A stretch of DNA of 64,000 nucleotides from Eledone cirrhosa (lineage: Eukaryota). The stretch lies in NCBI GenBank assembly GCA_964016885.1, contig OZ024741.1, positions 169,880,001 to 169,944,000 on the forward strand. The letters are read 5' to 3'. This document shows, in pieces, positions 30,001-45,000 of this stretch. Position numbers and translations under genes: made by a program. Numbering within the stretch: position 1 is the stretch's first letter; each line of letters starts with the position of its first letter. The notes under the pieces are model-generated. The model was not told the origin of the DNA and did not search any database. It saw only the letters and a list, made by a program, of their open reading frames with translations.

Positions 30001-33000
30001 TGTATGTGTGTATCTGTGTGTATGTATAGGTGGAGGTGTATGTGTGTATCTGTGTGTATGTATAGGTGGAGGTGTATGTGTGTATCTGTGTGTGTATAGG
30101 TGGAGGTGTATGTGTGTATCTGTGTGTATAGGTGGAGGTGTATGTGTCTATCTGTGTGTGTATAGGTGGAGGTGTATGTGTGTATGTGTATCTGTGTATA
30201 GGTGGAGGTGTATGTGTGTATCTGTGTGTGTATAGGTGGAGGTGTATGTGTGTAGCTGTGTGTATGTATAGGTGGAGGTGTATGTGTGTATCTGTGTGTG
30301 TATAGGTGTATGTGTATGTGTGTAGCTGTGTGTGCATAGGTGGAGGTGTATGTGTGTATCTGTGTGTATAGGTGGAGGTGTATGTGTGTATCTGTGTGTG
30401 TATAGGTGGAGGTGTATGTGTGTATGTGTATCTGTGTATAGGTGGAGGTGTATGTGTGTATCTGTGTGTGTATAGGTGGAGGTGTATGTGTGTAGCTGTG
30501 TCTGTATAGGTGGCGGTGTATGTGTGTATCTGTGTATGTATAGATGGAGGTGTATGTGTGTATCTGCGTGTGTTTAGGTGGAGGTGTGTGTGTGTAGCTG
30601 TATGTATGTATAGGTGGAGGTGTATGTGTGTAGCTCTGTATGTATAGGTGGAGGTGTATGTGTGTTGCTGTGTGTGTATAGGTGGAAGTGTATGTGTGTA
30701 GCTGTGTGTGTGTATAGGTGGAGGTGTATGTGTGTAGCTGTGTGTGTATAGGTGGAGGTGTATGTGTGTAGCTGTGTATTTATAGGTGGAGGTGTATGTG
30801 TGTATCTGTGTGTGTATAGGTGGAGGTGCATTTGTGTATCTGTGTGTGTATAGGTGGAGGTGTATGTGTGTAGCTGTGTGTGTATAGGTGGAGGTGTATG
30901 TATGTATCTGTGTATGTATAGGTGGAGGTGTATGTGTGTAGCTATATGTATAGGTGGAGGTGTATGTGTGTATCTGTGTGTGTATAGATGGAGGTGTATG
31001 TGTGTATCTGTGTATGTATAGGTGGAGGTGTATGTGTGTATCTGTGTGTGTATAGATGGAGGTGTATGTGTGTATCTGTGTATGTATAGGTGGAGGTGTA
31101 TGTGTGTATCTGTGTATGTATAGGTGGAGGTGTATGTATGTAGCTGTGTATGTATAGGTGGGGGTGTATGTGTGTATCTGTGTGTGTATAGGTGGAGGTG
31201 TATGTGTGTATCTGTGTGTATGTATAGGTGGAGGTGTGTGTGTGTATATGTGTGTATGTATAGGTGGAGGTATATGTGTGTATCTGTGTATGTATAGGTG
31301 GAGGTGTATGTGTGTATCTGTGTGTGTGTATAGGTGGAGGTGTATGTCTATATCTGTGTGTGTGTATAGGTGGAGGTGTATGTGTGTATCTGTATGTGTG
31401 TATAGGTGGAGGTGTATGTGTGTATCTGTGTGTATAGGTGGAGGTGTATGTGTGTATCTGTGTGTATGTATAGGTGGAGGTGTATGTGTGTATCTGTGTG
31501 TATAGGTGGAAGTGTATGTGTGTAGCTGTGTGTGTGTATAGGTGGAGGTGTATGTGTGTAGCTGTGTGTGTATAGGTGGAGGTGTATGTGTGTAGCTGTG
31601 TATGTATAGGTGGAGGTGTATGTGTGTATCTGTGTGTATAGGTGGAAGTGTATGTGTGTAGCTGTGTGTGTGTATAGGTGGAGGTGTATGTGTGTAGCTG
31701 TGTGTGTATAGGTGGAGGTGTATGTGTGTAGCTGTGTATGTATAGGTGGAGGTGTATGTGTGTATCTGTGTGTGTATAGCTGGAGGTGTATTTGTGTAGC
31801 TGTGTGTTGTATAGGTGGAGGTGTATGTGTGTAGCTGTGTGTGTATAGGTGGAGGTGTATGTGTGTATCTGTATGTGTGTATAGGTGGAGGTGTATGTGT
31901 GTATCTGTGTGTATAGGTGGAGGTGTATGTGTGTATCTGTGTGTATGTATAGGTGGAGGTGTATGTGTGTATCTGTGTGTATGTATAGGTGGAGGTGAAT
32001 GTGTGTATCTGTGTATGTATAGGTGGAGGTGTATGTGTGTATCTGTGTGTGTATAGGTGGAGGTGTATGTGTGTATGTGTATGTATAGGTGGAGGTGTAT
32101 GTGTGTATCTGTGTATGTATAGGTGGAGCTGTATGTGTGTAGCTGTGTGTGTATAGGTGGAGGTGTATGTGTGTATCTGTGTGTATGTATAGGTGGAGGT
32201 GTATGTGTGTAGCTGTGTGTGTATAGGTGGAGGTGTATGTGTGTATCTGTGTGTATAGGTGGCGGTGTATGTGTGTAGCTGTGTATGTATAGGTTGAGAT
32301 GTATGTGTGTAGCTGTGTGTGTATAGGTGGAGGTGTATGTGTGTATAGGTGGAGGTGTATGTGTGTATATGTGTGTGTATAGGTGGAGGTGTATGTGTGT
32401 ACGTGTATCTGTGTATAGCTGGAGGTGTATGTGTGTATCTGTGTGTGTATAGGTGGAGGTGTATGTGTGTAGCTGTGTGTATGTATAGGTGGAGGTGTAT
32501 GTGTGTATCTGTGTATGTATAGGTGGAGGTGTATGTGTGTATCTGTGTGTGTATAGGTGGAGGTGTATGTGTGTAGCTGTGTGTGTATAGGTGTAGGTGT
32601 ATGTGTGTATCTGTGTGTATAGGTGTCGGTGTATGTGTGTAGCTGTGTATGTATAGGTGGAGGTGTATGTGTGTAGCTGTGTGTGTATAGGTGGAGGTGT
32701 ATGTGTGTATAGGTGGAGGTGTATGTGTGTATCTGTGTATGTATAGGTGGATGTGTATGTGTGTATGTATAGGTGGAGGTGTATGTGTGTATCTGTGTGT
32801 GTGTATAGGTGGAGGTGTATGTCTATATCTGTGTGTGTGTATAGGTGGAGGTGTGTGTGTGTATCTGTATGTGTGTATAGGTGGAGGTGTATGTGTGTAT
32901 GTGTGTATAGGTGGAGGTGTATGTGTGTATCTGTGTGTATGTATAGGTTGAGGTGTATGTGTGTATCTGTGTGTATAGGTGGAAGTGTATGTGTGTAGCT

Positions 33001-36000
33001 GTGTGTGTGTATAGGTGGAGGTGTATGTGTGTAGCTGTGTGTGTATAGGTGGAGGTGTATGTGTGTAGCTGTGTATGTATAGGTGGAGGTGTATGTGTGT
33101 ATCTGTGTGTATAGGTGGAAGTGTATGTGTGTAGCTGTGTGTGTGTATAGGTGGAGGTGTATGTGTGTAGCTGTGTGTGTATAGGTGGAGGTGTATGTGT
33201 GTAGCTGTGTATGTATAGGTGGAGGTGTATGTGTGTATCTGTGTGTGTATAGCTGGAGGTGTATTTGTGTAGCTGTGTGTGTATAGGTGGAGGTGTATGT
33301 GTGTATCTCTGTGTATGTATAGGTGGAGGTGTGTGTGTGTATATGTGTGTATGTATAGGTGGAGGTATATGTGTGTATCTGTGTGTATGTATAGGTGGAG
33401 GTGTGTGTGTGTATATGTGTGTATGTATAGGTGGAGGTGTATGTGTGTATCTGTGTGTATGTATAGGTGGAGGTGTATGTGTGTATATGTGTGTATGTAT
33501 AGGTGGAGGTGTATGTGTGTATATGTGTGTATGTATAGGTGGAGGTGTATGTGTGTAGCTGTGTGTGTATAGTTGGAGGTGTATGTGTGCAGCTGTGTGT
33601 ATAGTTGGCGGTGTATGTGTGTAGCTGTGTGTGTGTGTATAGGTGGAGGTGTATGTGTTTATCTGTGTGTATAGGTGGCGGTGTATGTGTGTAGCTGTGT
33701 ATGTATAGGTGGAGGTGTATGTGTGTAGCTGTGTGTGTATAGGTGGAGGTGTATGTGTTTATAGATGGAGGTGTATGTGTGTATCTGTGTATGTATAGGT
33801 GGTGGTGTATGTGTGTATGTATAGGTGGAGGTGTATGTGTGTATCTGTGTGTATGTATAGGTGGAGGTGTATGTGTGTATCTGTGTGTATGTATAGGTGG
33901 AGGTGTATGTGTGTATCTGTGTATGTATAGGTGGAGGTGTATGTGTGTATCTGTGTGTGTATAGGTGGAGGTGTATGTGTGTATCTGTGTATGTATAGGT
34001 GGAGGTGTATGTGTGTATCTGTGTATGTATAGGTGGAGCTGTATGTGTGTAGCTGTGTGTGTATAGGTGGAGGTGTATGTGTGTATCTGTGTGTATGTAT
34101 AGGTGGAGGTGTATGTGTGTATCTGTGTGTATGTATAGGTGGAGGTGTATGTGTGTATCTGTGTGTGTATAGGTGGAGGTGTATGTGTGTATCTGTGTGT
34201 ATAGGTGGAGGTGTATGTGTCTATCTGTGTGTGTATAGGTGGAGGTGTATGTGTGTATGTGTATCTGTGTATAGGTGGAGGTGTATGTGTGTATCTGTGT
34301 GTGTATAGGTGGAGGTGTATGTGTGTAGCTGTGTGTATGTATAGGTGGAGGTGTACGTGTGTATCTGTGTGTGTATAGGTGGAGGTGTATGTGTGTAGCT
34401 GTGTGTGTATAGGTGGAGGTGTATGTGTGTATCTGTGTGTATAGGTGGAGGTGTATGTGTGTATCTGTGTGTGTATAGGTGGAGGTGTATGTGTGTATGT
34501 GTATCTGTGTATAGGTGGAGGTGTATGTGTGTATCTGTGTGTGTATAGGTGGAGGTGTATGTGTGTAGCTGTGTCTGTATAGGTGGCGGTGTATGTGTGT
34601 ATCTGTGTATGTATAGATGGAGGTGTATGTGTGTATCTGCGTGTGTATAGGTGGAGGTGTGTGTGTGTAGCTGTATGTATGTATAGGTGGAGGTGTATGT
34701 GTGTAGCTCTGTATGTATAGGTGGAGGTGTATGTGTGTTGCTGTGTGTGTATAGGTGGAAGTGTATGTGTGTAGCTGTGTGTGTGTATAGGTGGAGGTGT
34801 ATGTGTGTAGCTGTGTGTGTATAGGTGGAGGTGTATGTGTGTAGCTGTGTATTTATAGGTGGAGGTGTATGTGTGTATCTGTGTGTGTATAGGTGGAGGT
34901 GCATTTGTGTATCTGTGTGTGTATAGGTGGAGGTGTTTGTGTGTAGCTGTGTGTATGTATAGCTGGAGGTGTATGTGTGTAGCTGTGTGTGTATAGGTGG
35001 AGGTGTATGTATGTATCTGTGTATGTATAGGTGGAGGTGTATGTGTGTAGCTGTATGTATAGGTGGAGGTGTATGTGTGTATCTGTGTGTGTATAGATGG
35101 AGGTGTATGTGTGTATCTGTGTATGTATAGGTGGAGGTGTATGTGTGTATCTGTGTGTGTATAGATGGAGGTGTATGTGTGTATCTGTGTATGTATAGGT
35201 GGAGGTGTATGTGTGTATCTGTGTATGTATAGGTGGAGGTGTATGTGTGTAGCTGTGTATGTATAGGTGGGGGTGTATGTGTGTATCTGTGTGTGTATAG
35301 GTGGAGGTGTATGTGTGTATCTGTGTGTATGTATAGGTGGAGGTGTGTGTGTGTATATGTGTGTATGTATAGGTGGAGGTATATGTGTGTATCTGTGTAT
35401 GTATAGGTGGAGGTGTATGTGTGTATCTGTGTGTGTGTATAGGTGGAGGTGTATGTCTATATCTGTGTGTGTGTATAGGTGGAGGTGTATGTGTGTATCT
35501 GTATGTGTGTATAGGTGGAGGTGTATGTGTGTATCTGTGTGTATAGGTGGAGGTGTATGTGTGTATCTGTGTGTATGTATAGGTGGAGGTGTATGTGTGT
35601 ATCTGTGTGTATAGGTGGAAGTGTATGTGTGTAGCTGTGTGTGTGTATAGGTGGAGGTGTATGTGTGTAGCTGTGTGTGTATAGGTGGAGGTGTATGTGT
35701 GTAGCTGTGTATGTATAGGTGGAGGTGTATGTGTGTATCTGTGTGTATAGGTGGAAGTGTATGTGTGTAGCTGTGTGTGTGTATAGGTGGAGGTGTATGT
35801 GTGTAGCTGTGTGTGTATAGGTGGAGGTGTATGTGTGTAGCTGTGTATGTATAGGTGGAGGTGTATGTGTGTATCTGTGTGTGTATAGCTGGAGGTGTAT
35901 TTGTGTAGCTGTGTGTGTATAGGTGGAGGTGTATGTGTGTATCTGTGTGTATGTATAGGTGGAGGTGTGTGTGTGTATATGTGTGTATGTATAGGTGGAG

Positions 36001-39000
36001 GTATATGTGTGTATCTGTGTGTATGTATAGGTGGAGGTGTGTGTGTGTATATGTGTGTATGTATAGGTGGAGGTGTATGTGTGTATCTGTGTGTATGTAT
36101 AGGTGGAGGTGTATGTGTGTATATGTGTGTATGTATAGGTGGAGGTGTATGTGTGTATATGTGTGTATGTATAGGTGGAGGTGTATGTGTGTAGCTGTGT
36201 GTGTATAGGTGGAGGTGTATGTGTGCAGCTGTGTGTATAGTTGGCGGTGTATGTGTGTAGCTGTGTGTGTGTGTATAGGTGGAGGTGTATGTGTTTAGCT
36301 GTGTGTATAGGTGGCGGTGTATGTGTGTAGCTGTGTATGTATAGGTGGAGATGTATGTGTGTAGCTGTGTGTGTATAGGTGGAGGTGTATGTGTGTATAG
36401 ATGGAGGTGTATGTGTGTATCTGTGTATGTATAGGTGGTGGTGTATGTGTGTATGTATAGGTGGAGGTGTATGTGTGTATCTGTGTGTATGTATAGGTGG
36501 AGGTGTATGTGTGTATCTGTGTATGTATAGGTGGAGGAGTATGTGTGTATCTGTGTGTGTATAGGTGGAGGTGTATATGTGTATCTGTGTATGTATAGGT
36601 GGAGGTGTATGTGTGTATCTGTGTATGTATAGGTGGTCTGTATGTGTGTAGCTGTGTGTGTATAGGTGGAGGTGTATGTGTGTATCTGTGTGTGTATAGG
36701 TGGAGGTGTATGTGTGTATCTGTGTGTATAGGTGGAGGTGTATGTGTCTATCTGTGTGTGTATAGGTGGAGGTGTATGTGTGTATGTGTATCTGTGTATA
36801 GGTGGAGGTGTATGTGTGTATCTGTGTGTGTATAGTTGGAGGTGTATGTGTGTAGCTGTGTGTATGTATAGGTGGAGGTGTATGTGTGTATCTGTGTGTG
36901 TATAGGTGGAGGTGTATGTGTGTAGCTGTGTGTGTATAGGTGGAGGTGTATGTGTGTATCTGTGTGTATAGGTGGAGGTGTATGTGTGTATCTGTGTGTG
37001 TATAGGTGGAGGTGTATGTGTGTATGTGTATCTGTGTATAGGTGGAGGTGTATGTGTGTATCTGTGTGTGTATAGGTGGAGGTGTATGTGTGTAGCTGTG
37101 TCTGTATAGGTGGCGGTGTATGTGTGTATCTGTGTATGTATAGATGGAGGTGTATGTGTGTATCTGCGTGTGTATAGGTGGAGGTGTGTGTGTGTAGCTG
37201 TATGTATGTATAGGTGGAGGTGTATGTGTGTAGCTCTGTATGTATAGGTGGAGGTGTATGTGTGTTGCTGTGTGTGTATAGGTGGAAGTGTATGTGTGTA
37301 GCTGTGTGTGTGTATAGGTGGAGGTGTATGTGTGTAGCTGTGTGTGTATAGGTGGAGGTGTATGTGTGTAGCTGTGTATTTATAGGTGGAGGTGTATGTG
37401 TGTATCTGTGTGTGTATAGGTGGAGGTGCATTTGTGTATCTGTGTGTGTATAGGTGGAGGTGTATGTGTGTAGCTGTGTGTATGTATAGCTGGAGGTGTA
37501 TGTGTGTAGCTGTGTGTGTATAGGTGGAGGTGTATGTATGTATCTGTGTATGTATAGGTGGAGGTGTATGTGTGTAGCTGTATGTATAGGTGGAGGTGTA
37601 TGTGTGTATCTGTGTGTGTATAGATGGAGGTGTATGTGTGTATCTGTGTATGTATAGGTGGAGGTGTATGTGTGTATCTGTGTGTGTATAGATGGAGGTG
37701 TATGTGTGTATCTGTGTATGTATAGGTGGAGGTGTATGTGTGTATCTGTGTATGTATAGGTGGATGTGTATGTGTGTAGCTGTGTATGTATAGGTGGGGG
37801 TGTATGTGTGTGTCTGTGTGTGTATAGGTGGAGGTGTATGTGTGTATCTGTGTGTATGTATAGGTGGAGTGTGTGTGTGTATATGTGTGTATCTGTGTAT
37901 GTATAGGTGGAGGTGTATGTGTGTATCTGTGTATGTATAGGTGGAGGTGTATGTGTGTAGCTGTGTATGTATAGGTGGGGGTGTATCTGTGTATCTGTGT
38001 GTGTATAGGTGGAGGTGTATGTGTGTATCTGTGTCTATGTATAGGTGGAGGTGTGTGTGTGTATATGTGTGTATGTATAGGTGGAGGTATATGTGTGTAT
38101 CTGTGTGTATGTATAGGTGGAGGTGTGTGTGTGTATATGTGTGTATGTATAGGTGGAGGTGTATGTGTGTATCTGTGTGTATGTATAGGTGCAGGTGTAT
38201 GTGTGTATATGTGCGTATGTATAGGTGGAGGTGTATGTGTGTATATGTGTGTATGTATAGGTGGAGGTGTATGTGTGTAGCTGTGTGTGTATAGGTGGAG
38301 GTGTATGTGTGCAGCTGTGTGTATAGGTGGCGGTGTATGTGTGTAGCTGTGTGTGTGTGTATAGTTGGAGGTGTATGTGTGTAGCTGTGTGTATAGGTGG
38401 CGGTGTATGTGTGTAGCTGTGTATGTATAGGTGGAGGTGTATGTGTGTAGCTGTGTGTGTATAGGTGGAGGTGTATGTGTGTATAGGTGGAGGTGTATGT
38501 GTGTATCTGTGTATGTATAGGTGGAGGTGTATGTGTGTATGTATAGGTGGAGGTGTATGTGTGTATCTGTGTGTATGTATAGGTGGAGGTGTATGTGTGT
38601 ATCTGTGTATGTATAGGTGGAGGTGTATGTGTGTATCTGTGTGTGTATAGGTGGAGGTGTATGTGTGTATCTGTGTATGTATAGGTGGAGGTGTATGTGT
38701 GTATCTGTGTATGTATAGGTGGAGCTGTATGTGTGTAGCTGTGTCTGTATAGGTGGAGGTGTATGTGTGTATCTGTGTGTATGTATAGGTGGAGGTGTAT
38801 GTGTGTATCTGTGTGTGTATAGGTGGAGGTGTATGTGTGTATCTGTGTGTATAGGTGGAGGTGTATGTGTCTATCTGTGTGTGTATAGGTGGAGGTGTAT
38901 GTGTGTATGTGTATCTGTATATAGGTGGAGGTGTATGTGTGTATCTGTGTGTGTATAGGTGGAGGTGTATGTGTGTATCTGTGTATGTATAGGTGGAGGT

Positions 39001-42000
39001 GTATGTGTGTATCTGTGTATGTATAGGTGGAGCTGTATGTGTGTAGCTGTGTCTGTATAGGTGGAGGTGTATGTGTGTATCTGTGTGTATGTGTAGGAGG
39101 AGGTGTATGTGTGTATCTGTGTGTGTATAGGTGGAGGTGTATGTGTGTATCTGTGTGTATAGGTGGAGGTGTATGTGTGTATCTGTGTGTGTATAGGTGG
39201 AGGTGTATGTGTGTAGCTGTGTGTATGTATAGGTGGAGGTGTATGTGTGTATCTGTGTATGTATAGGTGGAGGTGTATGTGTGTATCTGTGTGTGTATAG
39301 GTGGAGGTGTATGTGTGTAGCTGTGTGTGTATAGGTGGAGGTGTATGTGTGTATCTGTGTGTATAGGTGGAGGTGTATGTGTGTATCTGTGTGTGTATAG
39401 GTGGAGGTGTATGTGTGTATGTGTATCTGTATATAGGTGGAGGTGTATGTGTGTATCTGTGTGTGTATAGGTGGAGGTGTATGTGTGTAGCTGTGTGTGT
39501 ATAGGTGGCGGTGTATGTGTGTATCTGTGTATGTATAGGTGGAGGTGTATGTGTGTATCTGTGTATGTATAGATGGAGGTGTATGTGTGTATCTGCGTGT
39601 GTATAGGTGGAGGTGTGTGTGTGTAGCTGTATGTATGTATAGGTGGAGGTGTATGTGTGTATAGGTGGAGGTGTATGTGTGTATCTGTGTATGTATAGGT
39701 GGAGGTGTATGTGTGTATGTATAGGTGGAGGTGTATGTGTGTATCTGTGTGTATGTATAGGTGGAGGTGTATGTGTGTATCTGTGTATGTATAGGTGGAG
39801 GAGTATGTGTGTATCTGTGTGTGTATAGGTGGAGGTGTATATGTGTATCTGTGTATGTATAGGTGGAGGTGTATGTGTGTATCTGTGTATGTATAGGTGG
39901 GCTGTATGTGTGTAGCTGTGTGTGTATAGGTGGAGGTGTATGTGTGTATCTGTGTGTGTATAGGTGGAGGTGTATGTGTGTATCTGTGTGTATAGGTGGA
40001 GGTGTATGTGTCTATCTGTGTGTGTATAGGTGGAGGTGTATGTGTGTATGTGTATCTGTGTATAGGTGGAGGTGTATGTGTGTATCTGTGTGTGTATAGT
40101 TGGAGGTGTATGTGTGTAGCTGTGTGTATGTATAGGTGGAGGTGTATGTGTGTATCTGTGTGTGTATAGGTGGAGGTGTATGTGTGTAGCTGTGTGTGTA
40201 TAGGTGGAGGTGTATGTGTGTATCTGTGTGTATAGGTGGAGGTGTATGTGTGTATCTGTGTGTGTATAGGTGGAGGTGTATGTGTGTATGTGTATCTGTG
40301 TATAGGTGGAGGTGTATGTGTGTATCTGTGTGTGTATAGGTGGAGGTGTATGTGTGTAGCTGTGTCTGTATAGGTGGCGGTGTATGTGTGTATCTGTGTA
40401 TGTATAGATGGAGGTGTATGTGTGTATCTGCGTGTGTATAGGTGGAGGTGTGTGTGTGTAGCTGTATGTATGTATAGGTGGAGGTGTATGTGTGTAGCTC
40501 TGTATGTATAGGTGGAGGTGTATGTGTGTTGCTGTGTGTGTATAGGTGGAAGTGTATGTGTGTAGCTGTGTGTGTGTATAGGTGGAGGTGTATGTGTGTA
40601 GCTGTGTGTGTATAGGTGGAGGTGTATGTGTGTAGCTGTGTATTTATAGGTGGAGGTGTATGTGTGTATCTGTGTGTGTATAGGTGGAGGTGCATTTGTG
40701 TATCTGTGTGTGTATAGGTGGAGGTGTATGTGTGTAGCTGTGTGTATGTATAGCTGGAGGTGTATGTGTGTAGCTGTGTGTGTATAGGTGGAGGTGTATG
40801 TATGTATCTGTGTATGTATAGGTGGAGGTGTATGTGTGTAGCTGTATGTATAGGTGGAGGTGTATGTGTGTATCTGTGTGTGTATAGATGGAGGTGTATG
40901 TGTGTATCTGTGTATGTATAGGTGGAGGTGTATGTGTGTATCTGTGTGTGTATAGATGGAGGTGTATGTGTGTATCTGTGTATGTATAGGTGGAGGTGTA
41001 TGTGTGTATCTGTGTATGTATAGGTGGATGTGTATGTGTGTAGCTGTGTATGTATAGGTGGGGGTGTATGTGTGTGTCTGTGTGTGTATAGGTGGAGGTG
41101 TATGTGTGTATCTGTGTGTATGTATAGGTGGAGTGTGTGTGTGTATATGTGTGTATCTGTGTATGTATAGGTGGAGGTGTATGTGTGTATCTGTGTATGT
41201 ATAGGTGGAGGTGTATGTGTGTAGCTGTGTATGTATAGGTGGGGGTGTATCTGTGTATCTGTGTGTGTATAGGTGGAGGTGTATGTGTGTATCTGTGTCT
41301 ATGTATAGGTGGAGGTGTGTGTGTGTATATGTGTGTATGTATAGGTGGAGGTATATGTGTGTATCTGTGTGTATGTATAGGTGGAGGTGTGTGTGTGTAT
41401 ATGTGTGTATGTATAGGTGGAGGTGTATGTGTGTATCTGTGTGTATGTATAGGTGCAGGTGTATGTGTGTATATGTGCGTATGTATAGGTGGAGGTGTAT
41501 GTGTGTATATGTGTGTATGTATAGGTGGAGGTGTATGTGTGTAGCTGTGTGTGTATAGGTGGAGGTGTATGTGTGCAGCTGTGTGTATAGGTGGCGGTGT
41601 ATGTGTGTAGCTGTGTGTGTGTGTATAGTTGGAGGTGTATGTGTGTAGCTGTGTGTATAGGTGGCGGTGTATGTGTGTAGCTGTGTATGTATAGGTGGAG
41701 GTGTATGTGTGTAGCTGTGTGTGTATAGGTGGAGGTGTATGTGTGTATAGGTGGAGGTGTATGTGTGTATCTGTGTATGTATAGGTGGAGGTGTATGTGT
41801 GTATGTATAGGTGGAGGTGTATGTGTGTATCTGTGTGTATGTATAGGTGGAGGTGTATGTGTGTATCTGTGTATGTATAGGTGGAGGTGTATGTGTGTAT
41901 CTGTGTGTGTATAGGTGGAGGTGTATGTGTGTATCTGTGTATGTATAGGTGGAGGTGTATGTGTGTATCTGTGTATGTATAGGTGGAGCTGTATGTGTGT

Positions 42001-45000
42001 AGCTGTGTCTGTATAGGTGGAGGTGTATGTGTGTATCTGTGTGTATGTATAGGTGGAGGTGTATGTGTGTATCTGTGTGTGTATAGGTGGAGGTGTATGT
42101 GTGTATCTGTGTGTATAGGTGGAGGTGTATGTGTCTATCTGTGTGTGTATAGGTGGAGGTGTATGTGTGTATGTGTATCTGTATATAGGTGGAGGTGTAT
42201 GTGTGTATCTGTGTGTGTATAGGTGGAGGTGTATGTGTGTATCTGTGTATGTATAGGTGGAGGTGTATGTGTGTATCTGTGTATGTATAGGTGGAGCTGT
42301 ATGTGTGTAGCTGTGTCTGTATAGGTGGAGGTGTATGTGTGTATCTGTGTGTATGTGTAGGAGGAGGTGTATGTGTGTATCTGTGTGTGTATAGGTGGAG
42401 GTGTATGTGTGTATCTGTGTGTATAGGTGGAGGTGTATGTGTGTATCTGTGTGTGTATAGGTGGAGGTGTATGTGTGTAGCTGTGTGTATGTATAGGTGG
42501 AGGTGTATGTGTGTATCTGTGTATGTATAGGTGGAGGTGTATGTGTGTATCTGTGTGTGTATAGGTGGAGGTGTATGTGTGTAGCTGTGTGTGTATAGGT
42601 GGAGGTGTATGTGTGTATCTGTGTGTATAGGTGGAGGTGTATGTGTGTATCTGTGTGTGTATAGGTGGAGGTGTATGTGTGTATGTGTATCTGTATATAG
42701 GTGGAGGTGTATGTGTGTATCTGTGTGTGTATAGGTGGAGGTGTATGTGTGTAGCTGTGTGTGTATAGGTGGCGGTGTATGTGTGTATCTGTGTATGTAT
42801 AGGTGGAGGTGTATGTGTGTATCTGTGTATGTATAGATGGAGGTGTATGTGTGTATCTGCGTGTGTATAGGTGGAGGTGTGTGTGTGTAGCTGTATGTAT
42901 GTATAGGTGGAGGTGTATGTGTGTAGCTCTGTATGTATAGGTGGAGGTGTATGTGTGTTGCTGTGTGTGTATAGGTGGAAGTGTATGTGTGTAGCTGTGT
43001 GTGTGTATAGGTGGAGGTGTATGTGTGTAGCTGTGTGTGTATAGGTGGAGGTGTATGTGTGTAGCTGTGTATGTATAGGTGGAGGTGTATGTGTGTATCT
43101 GTGTGTGTATAGATGGAGATCTATTTGTGTATCTGTGTGTGTATAGGTGGAGGTGTATGTGTGTAGCTGTGTGTATGTATAGGTGGAGGTGTATGTGTGT
43201 AGCTGTGTATGTATAGGTGGAGGTGTAAGTGCGTAGCTGTGTGTGTATAGGGGGCGGTGTATGTGTGTAGCTGTGTATGTATAGGTGGAGGTGTATGTGT
43301 GTTGCTGTGTGTGTATAGGTGGAAGTGTATGTGTGTAGCTGTGTGTGTGTATAGGTGGAGGTGTATGTGTGTAGCTGTGTGTGTATAGGTGGAGGTGTAT
43401 GTATGTATCTGTGTATGTATAGGTGGAGGTGTATGTGTGTAGCTGTATGTATAGGTGGAGGTGTATGTGTGTATCTGTGTGTGTATAGATGGAGGTGTAT
43501 GTGTGTATCTGTGTATGTATAGGTGGAGGTGTATGTGTGTAGCTGTGTATGTATAGGTGGAGGTGTAAGTGCGTAGCTGTGTGTGTATAGGGGGCGGTGT
43601 ATGTGTGTAGCTGTGTATGTATAGGTGGAGGTGTATGTGTGTATCTGTGTGTGTATATGGGGAGGTGTACATGCGTAGCTGTGTATGTGTATAGGTGGAG
43701 GTGTATGTGTGTAGCTGTGTATGTATAGGTGGAGGTGTATGTGTGTAGCTGTATGTATAGGTGGAGGTGTATGTGTGTATCTGTGTGTGTATAGATGGAG
43801 GTGTATGTGTGTATCTGTGTATGTATAGGTGGAGGTGTATGTGTGTATCTGTGTATGTATAGGTGGAGGTGTATGTGTGTAGCTGTGTATGTATAGGTGG
43901 AGGTGTATGTGTGTAGCTGTGTGTGTATAGGTGGAGGTGTATGTGTGTATCTGTGTATGTATAGGTGGAGGTGTATGTGTGTATCTGTGTGTATGTATAG
44001 GTGGAGGTGTATGTGTGTATCTGTTGGTGTGTATAGGTGGAGGTGTATGTGTGTATCTGTGTGTATGTATAGGTGGAGGTGTATGTGTGTATCTGTGTGT
44101 ATGTATAGTTGGAGGTGTGTGTGTGTAGCTCTGTATGTATAGGTGGCGGTGTATGTGTGTATCTGTGTGTATAGGTGGCGGTGTATGTGTGTAGCTGTGT
44201 GTGTATAGGTGGACGTGTATGTGTGTAGCTGTGTGTGTATAGGTGGAGGTGTATGTGTGTAGCTGTGTGTGTATAGGTGGAGGTATATGTGTGTATCTGT
44301 GTATGTATAGGTGGAGGTGTATGTGTGTATCTGTGTATGTATAGGTGGAGGTGTATGTATGTATCTGTGTATGTATAGCTGGAGGTGTATGTGTGTATCT
44401 GTGTGTGTATAGGTGGAGGTGTATGTATGTATCTGTGTATGTATAGGTGGAGGTGTATGTGTGTATCTGTGTATGTATAGGTGGAGGTGTATGTGTGTAT
44501 CTGTATGTGTTTATAGATGGAGGTGTATGTGTGTATATGTGTGTATGTATAAGTGGAGGTGTATGTGTGTATCTGTTGGTGTGTATAGGTTGAGGTGTAT
44601 GTGTGTATCTGTGTGTATGTATAGGTGGAGGTGTATGTGTGTATATGTGTGTATGTATAGGTGGAGGTGTAAGTGCGTAGCTGTGTGTGTATAGGGGGCG
44701 GTGTATGTGTGTAGCTGTGTATGTATAGGTGGAGGTGTATGTGTGTATCTGTGTGTGTATAGGGGGAGGTGTACATGCGTAGCTGTGTGTGTGTATAGGT
44801 GGAGGTGTATGTGTGTAGCTGTGTATGTATAGGTGGAGGTGCATGTGTGTATCTGTGTGTGTATAGGTGGAGGTGTATGTGTGTATCTGTTGGTGTGTGT
44901 AGGTGGAGGTGTATGTGTGTATCTGTGTGTATGTATAGGTGGAGGTGTATGTGTGTAGCTGTGAGTGTATAGGTGGAGTTGTATATGTGTATCTGTGTAT

